Counted from the whole stretch's first letter, positions 49,189 through 58,908 are shown. The stretch: 62,450 nucleotides of DNA, filler included, from an uncultured Methanosarcinales archaeon (GCA_964593285.1; 3 parts of 3 records of this genome joined end to end with filler, not necessarily neighbours in it), one strand, 5' to 3'. Notes: generated from the sequence alone by a model not told the origin. Numbers and translations: made by a program.

Positions 49189-50349
49189 ATGAATTTTTTT
49201 AAATATATATTAACAAAATTTTCAAAAATACAAAATAAATATGGTAATTACTTGTTAATTATTTTTTTTATTTTTACTTTATTTATGATTTTTGGATTAA
49301 CTAAGATAGAATTTGAAGGCGACTTTCAAAAAGAAATGCCACAAGATTTACCTATTTTTAAATTAAATGATAAAATAACTAATATTTTTAGTGGACAAGA
49401 TACAACATTTATTCTTATAATGTTAGATGATAATGTTCAAATTAAAAATACACCAAAAGATATAAGAGAACCTAAAATTATGAATTATGTAATTGATTTA
49501 GAAGAATCGTTATTGACTGAAAATAATATTAATGAAATAATTTCTATTTCACAAATGATAAAACCATTCAAAGAAAATAACCCCAATTATAATTTAGAAG
49601 AGATTTCAAATTATTTAAAAGAGATTCCACAAAGTTTCCAATTTATAAGCAAAGATTTTACAAAAACAATATTAATAATTAATACTAATGTTGGAAGTTC
49701 ACAAGAAAAGATTGCTGAATTAACAAATATTATTGAAAAACATATAACTGATTTATCAACACCTTCTGGAACAAAAATAAAAATTACAGGTAGTCCTTCA
49801 ATTTTAGCAATTATTTTAGATTTATTGAGAGCAGATTCAATTAAAACATTACTAATTGCATCAGTTATAATCATTTTTTTATTAGTACTAATACAGCGTT
49901 CATTTACACAATCTTTAGTAATATTCACACCAATATTACTTGGAATTATTTGGACACTTGGAACTTTAGGCTTACTTAATATAACAATATCTGTTGCAAC
50001 GGCAGGAATTGGTGCTATGATTTTAGGCCTTGGAGTTGAATATGGAATATTTATGATAACTAGATTTCAAGAAGAAAGAAAAAAAAATAAAACAATAGAT
50101 AACTCATTAAATGTTGCAGTTTCAACTGTTGGTTCTGCAATAATGGGATCTGGGTTAACTACAATGATTGGATTTTTAGCTTTAACTTTTTCATTGCTTC
50201 CATTATTACAAAAATTAGGTTTTAGTCTTGCTTTAGGTATATTTTATTGTATATTATCAACAATATTTATTTTACCTGTTTTGATAAAATCAGAGGAAAA
50301 ATATGTCCCTTTAATTATTAAAAAATTACATGATAGACGAATAAAATGA
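49189..50349 (+). CDS. Half-size RND/MMPL-family transporter subunit A
   Basis: One TM, large loop, five TMs; ITGSP, GLGVEYG..RFQEE, SGLTTMIGF. Confidence 0.88.
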   Translation: MNFFKYILTKFSKIQNKYGNYLLIIFFIFTLFMIFGLTKIEFEGDFQKEMPQDLPIFKLNDKITNIFSGQDTTFILIMLDDNVQIKNTPKDIREPKIMNYVIDLEESLLTENNINEIISISQMIKPFKENNPNYNLEEISNYLKEIPQSFQFISKDFTKTILIINTNVGSSQEKIAELTNIIEKHITDLSTPSGTKIKITGSPSILAIILDLLRADSIKTLLIASVIIIFLLVLIQRSFTQSLVIFTPILLGIIWTLGTLGLLNITISVATAGIGAMILGLGVEYGIFMITRFQEERKKNKTIDNSLNVAVSTVGSAIMGSGLTTMIGFLALTFSLLPLLQKLGFSLALGIFYCILSTIFILPVLIKSEEKYVPLIIKKLHDRRIK

Positions 50350-51509
50350 ATTTAATAAAAAAATTAATAAAATTATATGCAAAGTTTGCATCTAATAGAC
50401 CTTTTATTCTATTAATAATAGTTATTATAATTTCGATTCTTACATTTTTTTCATCAACTAATGTTGGAACAAAAACTATGGATAATGAAGATACACTCCC
50501 TGATGGTTTAGATGTAATAGAATCATTTAAGATAATTGAAGATTCATTTGGAAGAGGTGATTCGATATTAATTGCAATACAATTAGATCCAATAAATTTT
50601 AACTATACAAAAAATAGAGATATTAAACATATAAAAATTGTTGAATATACTTATACTTTAGCAAAATTAGTTGAAAATACAAATGATGTAATTTCAACTG
50701 AAAGTCTTGGAACATTATTAAAAAAATATAATAACAACGTTTTACCAAAATCACAAAAAGAAATAAATGATTTGATAAATAAACATGATTTTAGTTCTTA
50801 TCTAAATGATGATTTTAGTTTTACTTTAATTAGAATTCAAATTACGGATTCATATAATGCAGAAGAATTAGTTAAAGAAGTAGAAAACACTATTGATTAT
50901 CTAAATAGACCTGTTGATTTAAAAGTTGAAGTTGCAGGTGAAATTGCTTCATCTCCAATAATTGAAAAACAAATTGGACCTGACATGGGAAAAACATCAA
51001 GAATTGCAATATTTGGAATTTTAACAATACTTATTTTATTATTTTTTTCAATTAGATATGCACTAACACCAATATTTGTTATTGGTATTGGAGTTTTGTG
51101 GACTTTTGGCTTTTTTGGATTAATTCGTCTAAATATTAGTCCACAAACATCTGGTGCAATTTCAATGATAATTGGAATTGGAATAGATTTTGGAATACAA
51201 ACAATTTCAAGATTTAGAGAAGAATTAAAAAATAAAACTCCAAAAAAAGCAATGCAGATAACCCTTGAAAATGTATTTATGCCAATGACTACAACAACAA
51301 TTGCTGCATTAATTGGATTTAAGGCAATGTCGATGGGAGAATTAACATTTTTAGCTGAACTTGCAACAGTTATGTCATATGGAGTATTATTTTGCTTTTT
51401 TGCAGCTTTGAGTGTAATTCCACCAATTGCTGTAATTGGAGAAGAAATAAATATAAATATCAAAAAATATTTTAGTAATAAAAAATTAAAAAAAACGGTG
51501 AGAAAATGA
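50346..51509 (+). CDS. Half-size RND/MMPL-family transporter subunit B
   Basis: Same topology; GIGIDFG..RFREE, TTIAALIGF; ATGA overlaps on both sides. Confidence 0.88.
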   Translation: MNLIKKLIKLYAKFASNRPFILLIIVIIISILTFFSSTNVGTKTMDNEDTLPDGLDVIESFKIIEDSFGRGDSILIAIQLDPINFNYTKNRDIKHIKIVEYTYTLAKLVENTNDVISTESLGTLLKKYNNNVLPKSQKEINDLINKHDFSSYLNDDFSFTLIRIQITDSYNAEELVKEVENTIDYLNRPVDLKVEVAGEIASSPIIEKQIGPDMGKTSRIAIFGILTILILLFFSIRYALTPIFVIGIGVLWTFGFFGLIRLNISPQTSGAISMIIGIGIDFGIQTISRFREELKNKTPKKAMQITLENVFMPMTTTTIAALIGFKAMSMGELTFLAELATVMSYGVLFCFFAALSVIPPIAVIGEEININIKKYFSNKKLKKTVRK

Positions 51510-52741
51510 AAAAGATAATATTTTTAACAATAATTTTTTTATTAACAATTAACTTAGCACTTGCAGATTTTGATTTTACATCAATTAAATCAACATTATT
51601 AAATCAAGATCCAGACCCTGCAGAACCAGGAGAATATGTTGAATTAAGATGGAAAATTGAAAAAAGAGGCAATTTAGAAGTTGAAAATTTAACATTTGAA
51701 TTAGATATAAATTATCCTTTCTTTTTTGATAAAATTGATACATCTACCAAAAAACTTGGAGATTGGAAAGGATTTAGTGAAGATAAAGAATATTATACTT
51801 TATTTTATAAAATTAGAGTTGATGATAATGCAATTAAAGGAACATACCCTGTTAAATTAAAATATTCCTACAATGATAAAAAAGTTATTCATAAAGAAGA
51901 ATATGATATTAGAGTTAGTGACAGAGAATCATCAAAATTTGTCATTGGAAAAACTACTACTTCACCTAGAAAAATTTTAAATGATTTAGATGAAGTTGAA
52001 TTTGAAGTTGAATTAATAAATATTGGTGATGGTAGTGCAAATAATGTAAAAGCAGTTCTTAATTTAATTGATGGATTTACCCCATCGTATAATTATGCTA
52101 ATGAATTTATTGTTGGAAAATTAGAAAGTAATGAAAGAAAATCTGCATTATATTATTTAGATATAGATGAAAATGTAAAAAGTGATAACTATAAAACAAA
52201 TATTACCATTTTTTATAGTGAAGAAAATAATGAAAATAAAATAGAATATAAAAATACAACAATCCCATTTGAAATAATGATAATGAATAAACCCGAATTT
52301 GAAATAACTTCAATTGAAACTATACCAACACAAATAATTTCTGGAAAACAAACAACATTAAATCTAAATGTTAAAAATACAGGAAAAGATGCAGAATCTG
52401 TTTCTGTTAGAATATTTAAGGACTCATCACAACCTTTTGAATTTGATGAACGAACAGATTTTATTGGAAAATTAAACACAAATGAAGAAGGACAAGCGGT
52501 TTTACGATTTAATGTTGATGAAAATGCAGTTTCAAAAAAACATATTTTAACAATTGAAATTAGAAGCGTTGTTGGAAATGAAGTTTTTATTGAACAAAAA
52601 AGAATTCCAATTACATTAAATGAATTTAAAAGTGATAATAATTTAACAATGATAATTTTTGTAATAGTTTTATTAATAATATTTTTGTCACTTTCAGCAT
52701 TTGCAGGATATAATTCTGCAATTAAAAAAAATAAAAAATAG
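51506..52741 (+). CDS. COG1361-like S-layer/Ig-domain membrane-anchored protein
   Basis: Signal peptide, QDPDPAEPGEYVEL, three beta-sandwich repeats, C-terminal TM. Confidence 0.8.
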   Translation: MKKIIFLTIIFLLTINLALADFDFTSIKSTLLNQDPDPAEPGEYVELRWKIEKRGNLEVENLTFELDINYPFFFDKIDTSTKKLGDWKGFSEDKEYYTLFYKIRVDDNAIKGTYPVKLKYSYNDKKVIHKEEYDIRVSDRESSKFVIGKTTTSPRKILNDLDEVEFEVELINIGDGSANNVKAVLNLIDGFTPSYNYANEFIVGKLESNERKSALYYLDIDENVKSDNYKTNITIFYSEENNENKIEYKNTTIPFEIMIMNKPEFEITSIETIPTQIISGKQTTLNLNVKNTGKDAESVSVRIFKDSSQPFEFDERTDFIGKLNTNEEGQAVLRFNVDENAVSKKHILTIEIRSVVGNEVFIEQKRIPITLNEFKSDNNLTMIIFVIVLLIIFLSLSAFAGYNSAIKKNKK

Positions 52742-52892
52742 TTATTTTAAAAAAATTATATAATTTTTTTTCTTTTTTTTATAAAACTACAAATAAGATA
52801 ATTAAAATTAGATATAACCTAAAATTTGAATGTTTAAAGATATTTAAAAACAAATTTGATAGAATAATATTTATAAAAAATAATTAAAAAAT

Positions 52893-53168
52893 TTAACCAT
52901 ATATAGTAACTCCATACATAAATAATGAACCTAATAATAATATTATAAAAAATAAAATTTTAGGAATTAATAATGCAATTTTTATTTCTTTTTTTTGAGT
53001 TGAGTTAAATAAAGATATTATATTTATCATGAGTAAACTTAATCCAAATACATTCACTAAAAATCCAATTAATAAATTGAAAATAATTGTAAAAATACCA
53101 ATTGAAGTTGTAATTAATCCAAAAAAATAAACTAAACTTTGTTTCCATGCAAGTTTTTCATCATCCAT
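52893..53168 (-). CDS. Small three-TM membrane protein
   Basis: Hydropathy pattern. Confidence 0.55.
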   Translation of the reverse strand: MDDEKLAWKQSLVYFFGLITTSIGIFTIIFNLLIGFLVNVFGLSLLMINIISLFNSTQKKEIKIALLIPKILFFIILLLGSLFMYGVTIYG

Positions 53169-53231
53169 ATTTTGTATTATTAAAACTAGTATATAAAAAA
53201 TTTTTTGGAAAATACTATTGAAAACTTCTAA

Positions 53232-53825
53232 TTATTTTAAAATTAATAATAATTCATCCATTTTAGAAATAATTTTATATGGGTTTCCTTTTTTTAATGT
53301 TTCACGACCATGATAACCAAAATCAACTGCAACTGTTTTTAAATTTACTTCATTTGCTTCAATAATATCACCTAATGTGTCTGTAACAAATAAACAATTA
53401 TCTGGTGTTAAATTATATTTATCAAATAAATATTTAAATTTATTAACTTTAGATTTATCAAATTCAAGTCCTAAAACTTCTCTAAAAATTGTTATAATAC
53501 CATTATTTCCTAAATAATCATTAATATTTTTAGTACCACCACTACTAACAATAAATAAATTATATCTTTCATTTAATTTAAATAAAACATCCCTAATATC
53601 GTTTTGAACATTTAAGTTAGAAATTTCATCATAAATAAAATTAGGGTATTTAGTCCAATCAATATTTTTTATACTACCATTTTTATTTTTAAAAAAATTA
53701 CACTCATGTATTTTTTCAAAATCTTGTTTAGATAAATCAATTCCAAAAAAATCTTTTATTTTTTTTCTATGAAAATCAAAAGTATTGTGTATTACTCCAT
53801 CAAAATCAAAAATAACTGCTTTCAT
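53232..53825 (-). CDS. HAD-superfamily hydrolase
   Basis: IFDFDGVI, IVSS, K, FVTDTLGD. Confidence 0.9.
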   Translation of the reverse strand: MKAVIFDFDGVIHNTFDFHRKKIKDFFGIDLSKQDFEKIHECNFFKNKNGSIKNIDWTKYPNFIYDEISNLNVQNDIRDVLFKLNERYNLFIVSSGGTKNINDYLGNNGIITIFREVLGLEFDKSKVNKFKYLFDKYNLTPDNCLFVTDTLGDIIEANEVNLKTVAVDFGYHGRETLKKGNPYKIISKMDELLLILK

Positions 53826-54043
53826 ATGATGCTAATTTGATTAATTATTTTTAAATATTTGTATATTATTAAGAATATTTTTTTTGATATGTTTTTCTAA
53901 TTTATTTTTTAACTTATTATTTTTTTCATAAAATTCTCTTAATTCATAAATAATACCCATTATATTGATATATAACTATTATATCAATACGTCTAGTAAA
54001 AAATTTAATTAATTATTTAAAGAATTAAACAATTTATAATTAA

Positions 54044-54985
54044 ATGTTAAATAATAATGAATACAAAGAATTATTAAATTATTATAATATAAATTTTAAT
54101 AAAATTTTACCAGATATTAAATTAAATGGAAGTCCTGAGAGATGTTTATTTAGAATTTGTATAAAAGATATTAATAATAAAAAATATATTTTAGAAAAAA
54201 TACCTTCTCAAAAAATAAAAAGAAAACAAGAAATAATTGATTTAATTATAAATTTAAATAAATATAATATAAAAGAAACACCAAATTTTTTAAAATCAAA
54301 AAATAATGAATATATAATTAATTTTAATAATTCTTTTTTCCAATTACAAGAATTTATAGAAGGTAAAACACTAATACAACCAGATTATTTAAATGATTCA
54401 ATTAAAGGCGAAAATCTTGCAAAATTATTAATTAAAATAAATAAAAAAAATATAAAAGTTCAAAACAATTTTTCAATAAAAGAATATATTTATAATATCA
54501 TAAAAATAATTAAATTATATGATTATAATTATTATTTAGAACTATTTAAAATAATAAAATATCTTGAATCAAATTTGTTTATTAACTATGATAAAATTCC
54601 AGAATCCTTTTCTCATGGCGACTTACATCCATTAAATGTTATTTGGGATGATGAGAAAATAAAATCATTAATTGATTTTGAATTTTTTTCAAAAAATTTA
54701 GAGATGTATGATGCTGCAAATTTGTTAGGATGCTTGGGGATTGAAAATCCATATCAATTAACTAAAGAAGGCTTTAGTGAAAGTTTTATTAAAACAATTA
54801 AAAAAGAAAATATTTATTCACAAATTAGCTATAAAAATTTTATTGATTTAATAATTGCAATAAGATTTGGATGGATTAGTGAATGGTTTAGAAAAAATGA
54901 TATTGAAATGAAAAAATTAGAATTAGATTATATTAAATTTTTAATTAAAAATAAACAAAAAATTGAAAAATATTATAATTTATAA
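54044..54985 (+). CDS. APH / type II homoserine kinase-like phosphotransferase
   Basis: HGDLHPLN and IDFEF. Confidence 0.85.
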   Translation: MLNNNEYKELLNYYNINFNKILPDIKLNGSPERCLFRICIKDINNKKYILEKIPSQKIKRKQEIIDLIINLNKYNIKETPNFLKSKNNEYIINFNNSFFQLQEFIEGKTLIQPDYLNDSIKGENLAKLLIKINKKNIKVQNNFSIKEYIYNIIKIIKLYDYNYYLELFKIIKYLESNLFINYDKIPESFSHGDLHPLNVIWDDEKIKSLIDFEFFSKNLEMYDAANLLGCLGIENPYQLTKEGFSESFIKTIKKENIYSQISYKNFIDLIIAIRFGWISEWFRKNDIEMKKLELDYIKFLIKNKQKIEKYYNL

Positions 54986-55149
54986 GATAATATCTTTTAA
55001 AACTCCTTTTTTTACTAATTCAATATTTATTAAATAATCATTATGTAAAAATGTTTCAAATAAAGATTTTTTTGTAGTTTTCCAACCTAATCCGTCAGTA
55101 ATCCAAATTAAATCAATTCCTTGAATTTTTAAGAAATCAAATAAATCAT
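54980..55149 (-). pseudogene. 3' remnant of a DpnII-family (GATC) restriction endonuclease
   Basis: DLFDFLKIQGIDLIWITDGLGWKTTKKSLFETFLHNDYLINIELVKKGVLKDIIL*, with the WITDGxGW signature; no start codon. Confidence 0.75.
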
Positions 55150-55356
55150 TTATATTACTTGCTTTACAATTAAAAGATGAAATACTTTATTTTTATGCAA
55201 TGGAGAATTAATAACTTTTTCATAAGCTTCTTCTTTAGAATTTGCTTCAACTTCTTCTACTAAAATAGCATCTTGTGTTTCTTCAAATTCACCATTTTTC
55301 ATTTTAAATTCTGTATAAGCAGATTTTCCTATTTCTAAAACTAAATATTCATTCAT
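55150..55356 (-). CDS. DpnD/PcfM-like small protein
   Basis: VEEVEANSKEEAYEKV motif; ATGA-coupled to dpnI. Confidence 0.55.
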   Translation of the reverse strand: MNEYLVLEIGKSAYTEFKMKNGEFEETQDAILVEEVEANSKEEAYEKVINSPLHKNKVFHLLIVKQVI

Positions 55357-56123
55357 TCTAACACCTCATATAATCCTCTTTCTTTAAATTTAATTATTTT
55401 ATTATCTCTTAAAATTTGTAATTGTTGTCTTATTTTTGCTTGGATATTCTTGTTTTCTGGATGAAGTTTTCTAAAATAATTTTCATATTTATAAATCTCA
55501 TTTAATTTAAATAATTTATTTTGCTCTTGCACTATTTTTAAAACATCAGAAGTCCATCCTCGAAAGTGGGGTTTTTTATTAGCGAGGAAAAACATTTTTT
55601 TCCAAATTTTATTTACTTTATCTTTATCTTCTATTTTTTCTTTATTAATTATTGAGATTTTTCCTTCATTTGGTAATTTATCTAATAAAAAATTACATCC
55701 TGTCCAACCTGCTCTCCTAGCATCTTGAGATAAAGGCTTTCGTTTCTCTAACATTGAAAAAGTAATAAAAAATTTAGGAATCATTATTAATGATTTTACA
55801 ATCCATTCATCAGAAGAATATTCTAATATAAAAAAATTAGGAGAATCATCTTTTTCAATAACTGAAACCATTGTGTTAAATTCTCCATCTACAATTTTTT
55901 TGCCAAAAGGTTTTTTAGAACTTTTTAACTGAAAATTATTATTACAATTTTTACAAAAAAAATCACTTGCTTTTTTATTATTAGGATAATTAATAATTTT
56001 TTTATTTAAGCAACAAGGACAATACATTTTTGAAGAAAACCAATTTTCTGTCATTACTCTTGCCCTTTGAGAATTACTTTTATAATTTTGAAAAATTTCT
56101 TTTCTATATAATAAAAGATTCAT
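55353..56123 (-). CDS. DpnI-family (Dam-replacing protein) methyl-directed endonuclease
   Basis: SQRARVMTE.W, CPCC, DFFCKNC, QLKS, RKPLS..ARRAGWTGC, winged helix HPEN..KIRQQLQILRD. Confidence 0.92.
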   Translation of the reverse strand: MNLLLYRKEIFQNYKSNSQRARVMTENWFSSKMYCPCCLNKKIINYPNNKKASDFFCKNCNNNFQLKSSKKPFGKKIVDGEFNTMVSVIEKDDSPNFFILEYSSDEWIVKSLIMIPKFFITFSMLEKRKPLSQDARRAGWTGCNFLLDKLPNEGKISIINKEKIEDKDKVNKIWKKMFFLANKKPHFRGWTSDVLKIVQEQNKLFKLNEIYKYENYFRKLHPENKNIQAKIRQQLQILRDNKIIKFKERGLYEVLE

Positions 56124-56198
56124 AAAAAATTAGATAATCATATTAGAATATAAATTTTATTAAGAATTTTTGAAAGTTTTTCGATTTTATTAAAATAA

Positions 56199-56459
56199 TT
56201 ATTTATAACTATATTTTACAATAAAAAATAAAATAATAATCCCAAAGCTAAATGATAATAAATTTGCAAAAATAATAGGAATTTCTTTACTTAAAATACC
56301 ATAAACTAACCATAAAAAAAACCCAATAGATAAAATAATATACATTTTTAAAGATAAATCATCAGTAGTTTTTGTTTTTATTATTTTTATAATTTGAGGC
56401 AAAAATGAAAAAGTAGTAAGACATGCTGCAACTAAACCAATTAATAATATGTAATCCAT
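56199..56459 (-). CDS. SemiSWEET / PQ-loop transporter
   Basis: LTTFSFLPQ, DLS, WLVYG, PIIFAN. Confidence 0.92.
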   Translation of the reverse strand: MDYILLIGLVAACLTTFSFLPQIIKIIKTKTTDDLSLKMYIILSIGFFLWLVYGILSKEIPIIFANLLSFSFGIIILFFIVKYSYK

Positions 56460-56550
56460 GAAAAAATAAAAAATAATTACATTAATAAATATTTGTATTT
56501 TTAGATATATTAAGAAATATTTTTAAATAAACAAAAATTATTAATAAATA

Positions 56551-56844
56551 ATGGAACAATTAACAAAAGAAAGACTAGAAAAATATATTAACTTAACAAA
56601 TAAAGCCTTAAATAAAGTAAAAATACAAAAAAACGGAAGAATTAATTTTGAAGAAGCTGCAAAAGATTTTTTAGATATGGCAAATAGATATTATAAAGAT
56701 GCATTATATTTTAAAAAAAATAATCAAGAAATAAATGCTTTTGCTGCAATCAATTATGCTCATGGTTGGCTTGATGCTGGAGCTAGAATTGGATTATTTG
56801 ATGTAGATAATGATAATGTATTATTTACAGTAGACCCAAAATAA
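56551..56844 (+). CDS. DUF357-family protein
   Basis: Y.KDA.YF, AFAAINYAHGWLDAG. Confidence 0.88.
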   Translation: MEQLTKERLEKYINLTNKALNKVKIQKNGRINFEEAAKDFLDMANRYYKDALYFKKNNQEINAFAAINYAHGWLDAGARIGLFDVDNDNVLFTVDPK

Positions 56845-56852
56845 ATTTAAAA

Positions 56853-57419
56853 ATGGACTTATTAAATGTAACGCAAAGTACAAATAAAATAAATCAATTT
56901 TTAGAACCTTTTTACTCTAAAATAATTATAACACTATTAATTTTATTAATAGGTTTAATTGCTGGAAAAATAATTGGCAAATTACTTGAAAAATTATTAA
57001 ATGAAATTGAAATAAACCATATTATTAAAAAAGCAACTGGTTTTAATGTTAAACTCGATAAAATTGTTAGTTTAACAGTTTCTTATTTTATTTATTTTGT
57101 TGCAATTATGTGGGCTCTTGAAAATATTGGTCTTAGTTCAATAATTATAAATGTACTTGCAGGTGGAGTTATTATTTTATTTGTTGTTGCTATAATTCTT
57201 GGAATAAAAGATTTTATACCAAACATTATTGCAGGAATTTTCATTCATTTTAAAAAAATTATAAAAGAAAATGACAATATAGAAATTGATAATTTAAAAG
57301 GAAGAGTTGAACAAATAAGTTTAATTGAAACAAAATTAATTACTAAATCAAAAGATATAATTTATGTTCCAAATTCAATATTTATAAAATCTCAAAAAAT
57401 AAAAATATTAAAAAAATAA
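56853..57419 (+). CDS. MscS-family mechanosensitive channel protein
   Basis: Three TMs, KDFIPNIIAG, GRVEQI, YVPNS. Confidence 0.88.
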   Translation: MDLLNVTQSTNKINQFLEPFYSKIIITLLILLIGLIAGKIIGKLLEKLLNEIEINHIIKKATGFNVKLDKIVSLTVSYFIYFVAIMWALENIGLSSIIINVLAGGVIILFVVAIILGIKDFIPNIIAGIFIHFKKIIKENDNIEIDNLKGRVEQISLIETKLITKSKDIIYVPNSIFIKSQKIKILKK

Positions 57420-57436
57420 TAATTTAGAATTATAAA

Positions 57437-57694
57437 TTAACACTCTAGCATTTCAAGCATAGATACAATATTCCAAATTTGAGTTCTAATATATGAATGA
57501 ATATTATTTTCATTTGAAATTTGATCTAATTCATCCAATGCTTTATTGATTTTAATAGATAAATCATCTTTATTTAAATCTGATAACATCTCAATTATTC
57601 CAGAAATTCTATTTTTTATATTTTTTTGAACGCTTATATCTTCTTTTAATTCAATTAAAGCTTCAATAATATTATCAATTTCTTGATTTTCCAT
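57437..57694 (-). CDS. UPF0147-family protein
   Basis: D.SV.KNI, RTQIWNIVSMLE. Confidence 0.88.
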   Translation of the reverse strand: MENQEIDNIIEALIELKEDISVQKNIKNRISGIIEMLSDLNKDDLSIKINKALDELDQISNENNIHSYIRTQIWNIVSMLEMLEC

Positions 57695-58040
57695 CACCAG
57701 CACCTTCTTTATTATTCATAGAAACTAAAATTTCTTGTTGTAAATCTTTTGCTTGTTTTCTTAATTTCTCTTCATGTTTTTCAAAACTTTCTATTCGAAG
57801 CTTAAGCATTTCCTGTTTTGATAACAACTCTTTTTTTAAATCTTCTTGATTAGAACTAACCATTATGTTTCCAATAATTTTAAATGTCTCTTTTTTACTA
57901 TTTGAAATTTCAGATAAAGCTGATTCAACTTCTACTAATTGCATTTGAAATTGTTGTTTTTGAGTTGAATATTGCTGAATATTTTGCTCTAAAATTTGCA
58001 AAGATTCGATTTTTTTATTTGGTTGATTTTCAGATTGCAT
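57675..58040 (-). CDS. pfdB: Prefoldin beta subunit
   Basis: Coiled coils around FKIIGNIMV; sits in the conserved rpl37ae-rpoP-pcc1 operon. Confidence 0.9.
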   Translation of the reverse strand: MQSENQPNKKIESLQILEQNIQQYSTQKQQFQMQLVEVESALSEISNSKKETFKIIGNIMVSSNQEDLKKELLSKQEMLKLRIESFEKHEEKLRKQAKDLQQEILVSMNNKEGAGDGKSRN

Positions 58041-58281
58041 CTTGATTACAAATTTTTTTTGTTTTGTTATAAATTTCTAAAATTTTTATAATTGAATTAA
58101 AAGAAGTTTTTAATGCAATAACATCCATTGATGTAATTTTTATTAATAAATCATTTTTATTTTTTATTAAATCAATTGAACTTCTTTTATATTTTAAATC
58201 TATATCTGCTAAAATAATATTTAATAAATCCTGTATTTTTTCATCAGCAATATTTAGTTTTAATTCTAAATTTAAATTCAT
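58030..58281 (-). CDS. pcc1: KEOPS complex subunit Pcc1
   Basis: RSS..LLIKI.S.D..ALKTSFNS; operon context. Confidence 0.8.
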   Translation of the reverse strand: MNLNLELKLNIADEKIQDLLNIILADIDLKYKRSSIDLIKNKNDLLIKITSMDVIALKTSFNSIIKILEIYNKTKKICNQDAI

Positions 58282-58415
58282 CTTGCTTTAATTATAGTAT
58301 TATTACTTCTTGGTTTATAAATTATTTTACTTCCACAATACGGACATCTTATTCTTTTTCTTAAATATTCAGAACCTACAATTTTTGCACAACTAAAACA
58401 TTTGTATTCTGCCAT
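58278..58415 (-). CDS. rpoP: DNA-directed RNA polymerase subunit P (Rpo12), not in ORF track
   Basis: MAEYKCFSCAKIVGSEYLRKRIRCPYCGSKIIYKPRSNNTIIKAR*. Confidence 0.95.
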   Translation of the reverse strand: MAEYKCFSCAKIVGSEYLRKRIRCPYCGSKIIYKPRSNNTIIKAR

Positions 58416-58419
58416 TTTA

Positions 58420-58788
58420 TTATTTATTAACCTCTTCATCAATAATAGTATCTGTATTAGATTCTATATTTTCATCATAATTTTCTTCTTTTTTCATCTT
58501 TGGTTTTTTTGAAAATAATTCATCTTCAAAAACAATTTTTTCCTTTGAAACTTTTTTACTTATTTTTTGTTTCATTGGCATGTATGCTTTACCTGAAAAT
58601 TTTGAGGAACATTTTTTACATTCAAAAATGCCATTAGAAACTCTTTTAACGTTATTATAATGACAATATGGACATTTATGTTTTGTTTTTATAATTGCTT
58701 CTATTTTTGAAAGTCTATCTCTTACTTTCTTACCATAACGAGCTCCAAATCTTTTTATTCCTTTAACATGTTTTTTATCTATTGCCAT
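58420..58788 (-). CDS. rpl37ae: 50S ribosomal protein L37ae with a C-terminal extension
   Basis: RFGARYG, CPYC, KRVSNGIFECKKC, GKAY.P. Confidence 0.93.
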   Translation of the reverse strand: MAIDKKHVKGIKRFGARYGKKVRDRLSKIEAIIKTKHKCPYCHYNNVKRVSNGIFECKKCSSKFSGKAYMPMKQKISKKVSKEKIVFEDELFSKKPKMKKEENYDENIESNTDTIIDEEVNK

Positions 58789-58834
58789 TTTTAAATTTAA
58801 AACCTCTCAATAATGATTATTTATAATCTTTAAA

Positions 58835-58908
58835 TGGGGCTACCCGGATTCGAACCGGGGTCATCCGGCCCCAAACCGGAAAGGATAGCCAAACTACCCC
58901 ATAGCCCC
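58835..58908 (-). tRNA. tRNA-Pro(TGG)
   Basis: GGGGCTA/TAGCCCC acceptor stem, TCCGG-TT TGG GG-CCGGA anticodon arm, TTCGAAT. Confidence 0.97.

Noticed and set aside
5899..52479. Many antisense or alternate-frame ORFs (e.g. 5899-6159, 8612-8839, 23637-24017, 25265-25537, 32303-32770, 35866-36252, 42329-42727, 50897-51463)
   Set aside because: They shadow well-supported genes and show no family motifs.
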